DNA from: Jimgerdemannia flammicorona
Lineage: Eukaryota
Direction: 5' to 3'
DNA: 44,433 nt
Assembly (NCBI GenBank): GCA_003990765.1
Contig: RBNJ01000067.1
Location: 1-44,433 of the forward strand
Each line of letters opens with the position of its first letter. The stretch's first letter is position 1. The position numbers and the translations under genes were made by a program. The notes under the pieces were generated by a model, which was not told the origin of the DNA, did no database searches, and saw only the letters and a program-made list of their open reading frames with translations. This document shows positions 37,541 through 44,433 of this stretch, piece after piece.

Positions 37541-40232
37541 GCTGGGCAATCCCCTACAGCTTAGTTACCAAGATCTTCATCACCATCTTGTGGTCCATGT
37601 CAAGGAGTATGATCAGTTGCTAGTTCTTCCAGTCTTCTCTTCTTCTCTTATCCTTATAGAGCAAAGAGACCAGCCCTAGGCACTGGTCTCCAATCCAAGT
37701 TCTCAAATAAAGTACCTTATCACACATTACTACCATCTCTTTCAGTACCACCTCCATCCCCACCATCTTCTTTTAAAAATCTCAGGATAGCCCATTCTCC
37801 CCAGGAGCTGTCCCTTTACTTATTAAAGCTAAGACCTTGCACACCTCCTCCTCCTGCACTGGGTCTCCCAGTAACCCCAGACCCAGTACTGGGTCTAGAT
37901 ACCAATTCTCCAGCTATTGTTCAATGTTCAGCACATCCTTACCCCCCACTTCATCACTCCATAAGTTCCTCCAGTAAGTCCTCAGCAATCTCAAAATCAT
38001 TGGAGTTCCTGCCACCATCTCCCCATTCTCATCCAAAATACCATCCCACTGCTGCCTGGTTTTCTGAGCTTAGAGTATCTGTGATAAAAATCTAGTGGGC
38101 CTCTCCCCCTCCTCTAACCTCTGCCACCTCAACCTTGCCACCATCCTCTTCAGCTTAACCTCTTTCTCCATTTGTAGCACTCTCTTAGCTCATCAACTTT
38201 CTTTTGTATCTACACAATTCACCACTCAGCTACCCCCCCATCCTCCAGCGACCCTGCTCACCTCTCCAGAAGTGTCACCAGTCTCTGTGAAGCCCATTGC
38301 ACTCACTGCTACCTCTGAGTACTCCTTTCTTTCCCTGCCTCTCTTCAGTACTACTAAGTACTTGATTTCAGCCATCACCAGCAATCCCTAATCTCTAGTC
38401 CCTGCCCCCACCACCTACCAATCTTCTCAACAACTTCTATCTTCTAGTCTATTCACAATAAACCATCCTCTAATAAAGAAGTATTCAGTCACCAATGTCC
38501 AGGTCCATCCCCACTTCTCCCAAATCTCTCACTCTCTATCAGCCTCTAGTGATCTGACCATGGGCATCAGACCACCTCTAGTATATCCTAGACATTTACT
38601 CTCCAGCACTCTGCCATCAATATCCAGTCAATTCTGGAGCTCAGCCCTACTACCCAGTGAGTATAAATTCAGCACTCCCTCCAAAACTGTCACCCCATAT
38701 CAACTAAGGAGCTCAACCTCTCAATCTCTATCCAATCTTCCAACCTACCACTTCTGTCCCCCCTTTCTTTCCCACCATCAGTCCTGTCTATCCCACTATC
38801 ACATACTATGTTGAAATCATCTTCCAGATAATCAACCCCTGCCTTACCCAAAACACCAGCCTCTTTCAAGCCTCTGATCTAATCAATGTGTTCTCCCCTC
38901 TCAGCTGGGCAATAATATGACTTAACTGTCAAGGAGTTCCATTCAAGCCTCCTCCATACTCCCCACACTAGTCTACTCTCCCAATGTCCAATATTCTCAA
39001 TGTCTCCTATCCTCTTTCAAATCAAAATACCCACCTGATCAGTGTACACTGCTGCCCCACCTCATTCTCTAGTCCAGTTCTATAAATCCACATCTATTTC
39101 ATACCATATATCCTGTAGTAAGAAAAGATCTGCATCCAGTCCCCTCAACCAGCCAAAGATATTCCTTCACCATACTGTGTCCCTCAATCCATTTATATTC
39201 AAAGAAAAGATTCTAGTTGTACTATTCATATTGAATAATGTTTGATATTAAGAGCCCAGTCTAGTACTCTATGCTCATCTCATCATCAGTCAGCTCCAAG
39301 CACTGCTCTGTCTCCAACTTATCCTCTACTACAGCCTGAGCATCCAGTGCTTCCAATATTTCCTAACACTCCACCCCATCCACAACCTCTATTTCTACCC
39401 AATAATCTATACATACCAATCTCCACTTCTCCAAACTCTTCCTTGAATCCACAAGTATGCCACCTATTCATTTACAATTCCTCAAAGGGCCTCCTCTCTC
39501 TGATCATTAACTTGATACTCCTCCAACTCTAAGAGCACTGCTAGGATCTCATTTCTAATCTTTTTTAGCACCTCCTCACTATAAAGAATTTCCTCCCAGT
39601 ACCTATCACTTAGAATCTGAAAGTTCTCTCCCCCCAGCTCCTCAGCTGCCACCCCCTCCAGAGTCTTCCATAGCCACTTCTCTTCATCCACCACCTCAGC
39701 AACACTCTGGATAATTCTTTCAACCCCCACCACAGGGTCTACCAAAGTGCTCCTCCTCTCTGACTCATCCCACTCCTCCTCCAGCATGTTCAGAAGTTCT
39801 TTCTCACCACTTGCCCCTATATGAGACATCATACTGAGGGCATACTTTCTCTCCCATTTCTGCATCCTCCACTATACTACCCCATCTCTCCTCACTTGAT
39901 CTATCTTATGTCACACCCTGAGCTGGCCTGTGCTCTCCAGCCCAGGTACTCTCTCTCAATTCAGCACTACCTTCACCTACCCCACTACCTACCACACCCT
40001 CTCCTAATTTCTCCAACAGCTCCTTCTGGATTCACCTCCCCTGTGCCTTCTCCTCTTATCTATCCTGATCCTCTTTCCATCCACAATCTCCACCACTATT
40101 CTGGCTTCATACTTCTTCCAAGTCAATCTCCTCTTTCTGCCAGATCTTTAAGAGCTTTCAGCAAGTCCTCCTCTTCCTCTGGCATTCCTTTCACTCACAA
40201 GACCTTACATTCAACTTATCTCCACTTAAGAG

Positions 40233-40240
40233 TTACTGGC

Positions 40241-40298
<58 letters not shown>

Positions 40299-40309
40299 TA
40301 CTGGCCAGT
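40233..40309 (-). mobile_element. Pure poly(A) insertion with TSD inside ORF1 of LINE C
   Basis: ~50 T flanked by ttactggccagt (40233-40244 and 40298-40309). Copy A has the empty site (gtcgccggccagtccc, ~546-561). Confidence 0.85.
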
Positions 40310-41481
40310 CCCTTGTCTTCTCCATATTCTCTCTTCTAGCCAGCCTCACCCTAACATTGATGTCTCTAGTTCAGAGTTCAGTACCCTCTCAGACTCTGAA
40401 CCCAATGTCTATAATCTCTCTATATTTCTTGACCACCTCTACAATCAACTCTCTGATCCTCTCTCTTGACATTGTAGAAAGGTCCAATACTGTCAACTGC
40501 ACCACCTGGGGGTCATAGTGCATACACCTGGCCATAGGGACCACTACTCCACCCACTACTACTCTCTTCTCTACAGTCTCCAATATTGATGCCTCTCTCT
40601 CAAATCTAACCTCAACCCCTTCTTTCCTCTTCAAGAACTTCACTAAAGCTGCTCCCTTCACCTCCTATGCCACCAGCCCCAGAATCATTCTTATAATTAC
40701 TGCCAAGTCTCAGAAGTACAATGTGACAGCATATTCTGACCTCAACTTTTTGAGTAATAGTGCCAATACTATGCTCATCATACCATCTGCCAGATCCCTA
40801 GACCTCATACTCTCTCTCTACTCCAATTCATCAATAACCATCATATCTGGATTTTTTCCAGATCCCTAGTTATAGTACTATCAGCAGTCATACCCCCAGC
40901 CTCTATGCTCCCCCTCCCTACTATCTGACCCTTCTATGGGAGCCTCTCTCTATCTTCTAGCTGAAGCTATTGATACCTTCCCTAGTCTCAGCCAACTATC
41001 TAGACCAGATACCATCTTCTCCATCTTGACCTTGTCAACAAAGATCATCCTCCCCCCTCCTTGTTGCCTCATTCTGCCCCTCCCTCCACCACTAACACCA
41101 TGGCCCACTATAGAGGGCTTTGGTATCTCCAAACTATCTCCTTGCCTTCTCCCAACCTACTGCCAACCAAAGGCACTACTACCCCCCTAGCTGACATACT
41201 CACCAGTATGCTTATTGCTGTCCATGTTGATAGTCTCCTTTTACCAAAAACATTTTGGAAAGTATTGTCTGAGTCTTGTGTCACCTGAATATTACTGGTA
41301 AAAGATGGATATATATTATTATTATTTATAAATAATAATAAATATATAATATATAAGTATGTAAACAAATACCACTAAATAGAGATAATCTAGAATAGAC
41401 CAGTTTTGCTAACTCATCAGTTGTTGGTCTAAAGCAACCAAGACTGGGCAGCACAGTGCATTTACATCAGCATCTCACACT

Positions 41482-41525
<44 letters not shown>

Positions 41526-43495
41526 CAGAGTAGGCAGAAGAAACTGAGAGAATACTTATCATAAATAGGCAGCTTATTTTCCCACCCATCAAAACTACAA
41601 AGGCTGAGATGCACACTCCAGAATGGAGAGGGGTCCCATATTATCATCCTGGCCATGAACGCAGCCTACCCAGATCTAACACTTTGTGGTATACACATGA
41701 TGTGCTCTCACAAAGTGTCATACACTTAGTGTACCTTCACGCTGGTCATACCCACGTCAGCGTCGCCAAAAGTAGGTTGCCCTTTGTAGCGGAGGAGATA
41801 AAATCTATAGCAAACGAATGATGGGATGGGAATTTGGGGCTGCCAGTGATGACGCGAACGACTGTCCCACCAGACACAAAATCTGCTACGGTCTCTGGGG
41901 TGTCTGATTTCAAGTGAAGTGCAAACTCCATGTAGCATCCTGTTCCTAAATTTAATGTCGTAGATGAGGGAAGAAATCGCGGGGTTCGTTCGCTAAATGT
42001 AGATTCTTGGAAAGCGCCTCATATAATTGCCGTTACCGACGGTCTTGTTTTGTAATCTCCCACATCCCACAATATGTAGTGGGCAGGTTTAGCTAACTTG
42101 AAAAATTGCGATCGTTTCATTGTCTTGTAATGCATTATAGTTTGTCGTAATAGTGTATTATCTAAACTTAAGTATGTCGTCGCGGCCATCGAAAGATTCT
42201 GTGATGGAAATTGTTCCCTAGCCATTAACCCTTGACGTATGGAGGAGGATCTACATTATGCCAAACATCTCTTCGGCGCACGGATACCGTCTAAGGTATA
42301 GCTGGATCGTGCGAATGCGATCACACAGTTCGACACCCTGCACCGCGGAGGCTAACATCAAGTGGTATTCACAAGTCATAATAATATGTGTTCTCCGGGA
42401 ATTTATGCTATTATTATACGATCCATTGTCACTCAAGAGAGGCGGAAACCAAACGTTGGCCAATGCGTCAAGCAATTCACCATAAACTCCGCGTCCTCAC
42501 GACGCAAATTAATAAGAGCCTGACCCCCGACCGACCGACCGCAAAACCAAAACATCGTGAACATCAAGCCCTGCCAAGCACTCCATGAATCTGGAATCAT
42601 ACAACCTTCCACAGTACATCCTTATCAACGGGAAAATATCTTTCTATGGCTATCATTACGCACGCAAGGAATCAGATGTCGATGCGAAAGACGAGCTATT
42701 TTTTGAACATGCGTTTTCCTCTTGCCATCATTTATATATGTTGACGTCATGGCAGCGCTGAGAAACTGTTTACAAATTCTCATTTCACCATCTCATCGAG
42801 TTTTCTGTTCCTCTGGAATCCCGCAATCTCGAAATATTTGTTGAGGCAGCTTCACGCCGGCGCATTTTCTATAGCCCGATTGAAATCGACCACATGTCAC
42901 GCCTTTTTAACTTCCGACAGATATGCTACTGGTAAAGTTGAACCAACATGAGAATTGAAAATCCCTTGTTATTATTTAAACTCAAATAAGCCGTTTTTTG
43001 TTCAGTTGTTAAAGGGAGGATGGAGGTTTGTCATATCCAAGAGTCGCAAATATTTTTTCGTACATTACAGTTTTCTTCTCATTGAATAGAAAAAGACCAT
43101 ACGTACGACACCCTTGCCATTTCACATTTAACTTGTATTCCAAGTCTCGAACTGCAGGAAGTAAATATCCAACGGGACCAATCCCTTGAGTTTGCACTCA
43201 GCTTTCATTTATTTATTAGACTAATATAGAAGTATAGAATGACGTGGTTTTGGTAAATACTTTTGCACGAACACAATTCAATAGCAGATAATGCCGCGCT
43301 CAGTTGGGACTGGTCGGGTTGTGAGCTAATACCATCTGAGTGATAGCAATACATACTTGCCGTCAAGGGTAAGTAATTATGTTCGACGACGGTTTCGGTG
43401 CATTTGTGAACAAACTCCTAATATTGACAAAGGAGTATGTATTTATTTGGATTGCATATGTATATACATGAGCTGAATTTCGTCGCCTCCCGACG

Positions 43496-44367
43496 CTAGA
43501 AGCGATACACTCTCTTCGCGTTTTCATAATACACCTTCCTCTTCTCCGCCTCCGTCAGATGTTGATCCAATTCGTGTAACTGTCGCCGTGTATCTCAACT
43601 ATGGGCCAATCCCCTCCAAACAACACCCGATCAGGTCCAAAGGCTTCGAAAATAGCTTTGATAAAAGGCTCTATCGTCTCCTTTCTCACAGGAATCTCGT
43701 TTGAGGGGGCCTCGGTTATTATCCCATTCGCTTTGCACACAACATTGGGGAACGACGCAAGCTGTTTAATGATAGCGACGTACTCTGTCTTCCGCGAGTG
43801 ATCATGACACGGTGGCTTTCCTGCATGGTCGAGCACAAACTGGGTGTTCGGACACGCACGCACGAGGTCGAGTATAGGCGGAAACTGCTCAGGGAAAGCC
43901 GCGGAGTTAATAGTAATATCAAAAGTATAGCCGTACTCGCTCAGGACTTGGCATCCGCGGACGAACTCGGGAGTAATTGGGAAGGTGGGGTCGCGCGAGG
44001 GGTCTTGTAGCAGGTACCTGACGCCCTTGATGCGCGTGCCGAAGGCCTTGAGGACGTCGAGGTAGGAACGCAGACGCTCGCCCTGGTAGACAGGTGCGTG
44101 GACGACGATGGCGCGAATCTGCGGGGCGACGGTTTCCGCGTAGCGATTGATCCAGAAAGCCTCGGCGAGGGCGGAGGCTGGGTCGATGTCGGTCTCAACG
44201 TAGACGATGGAATCGACGGTGAGGCCGGCGGCGTCGGTGGCGACGGTGTACTGCGGAATGAGGAGAGGAATATCGTATTTCCCAGGGAAGTCACTCGTCC
44301 AGGGGATGGCGATGTACGAGGCGTCCTGGAGGTGGACGTGGCTGTCGACGATGGGGAACTTGGGCAT
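43496..44367 (-). CDS. Amidohydrolase_2 family sugar lactonase-like (L-fuconolactonase / L-rhamnonolactonase type), frameshifted near the C-terminus
   Basis: IVDSHVHL, VYVE, KGVRYLLQ, FVLDHAGKP, LASFPNVVCK, FGPDRVLFGGDWP. The family-type tail LTEAEKRKVYYENAKRVYRF* is in another frame (43496-43558). Confidence 0.88.
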
Positions 44368-44397
44368 CGTTGGAGGTTTGTTTGGTTTGTTTGTTGT

Positions 44398-44433
<36 letters not shown>

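Larger units (their letters stand above)
35368..41307 (-). mobile_element. Full-length decayed L1/Tx1-like LINE, copy C
   Basis: ORF1 ATG at 41225 and ORF2 ATG at 39229 (MNSTTRIFSLNINGL); FLDQKKAYDRV, GVP*GDPLSPILY, AFADN. (TAAA)n tail at ~35368-35398. 16-bp TSD gatatatattattatt (35352-35367 / 41308-41323). Confidence 0.92.

Noticed and set aside
41700-43200. Protein-like fragments (e.g. ORFs 41746..41931 and 43009..43197, and a stop-interrupted frame near 42780-42930)
   Set aside because: No recognisable family or consistent exon chain; possible pseudogene debris but not supportable by eye.

Overview
Eukaryotic, most likely fungal, DNA. An early-diverging or Mucoromycota-like origin is an inference from the L1/Tx1-clade LINEs and the gene types. 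CpG-rich islands carry four recognisable host genes, all on the minus strand: an F-box/LRR protein, an F-box-like/ankyrin-like protein, a myristoylation-motif WWE-like protein, and a frameshifted amidohydrolase_2 lactonase. These alternate with sharply bounded, almost CpG-free blocks of decayed transposons. The large block (~5.2-23.9 kb) resolves into a nested stack. It holds a Ty3/Gypsy element (gag-PR-dUTPase-degenerate dUTPase-like-RT-RH-IN plus an extra 3' ORF) joined to the 5' half of a second retroelement whose Gag/CCHC knuckle runs in frame into another dUTPase. Into these are inserted a full-length LINE, two truncated LINE ends and a hAT MITE, each with a readable TSD. Two more copies of the LINE family lie at 1-1560 and 35368-41307. 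TSD mismatches and conserved codons show C->T decay at CpA/TpG as well as CpG, a RIP-like pattern. All translations of decayed elements were done by hand and domain borders are approximate.
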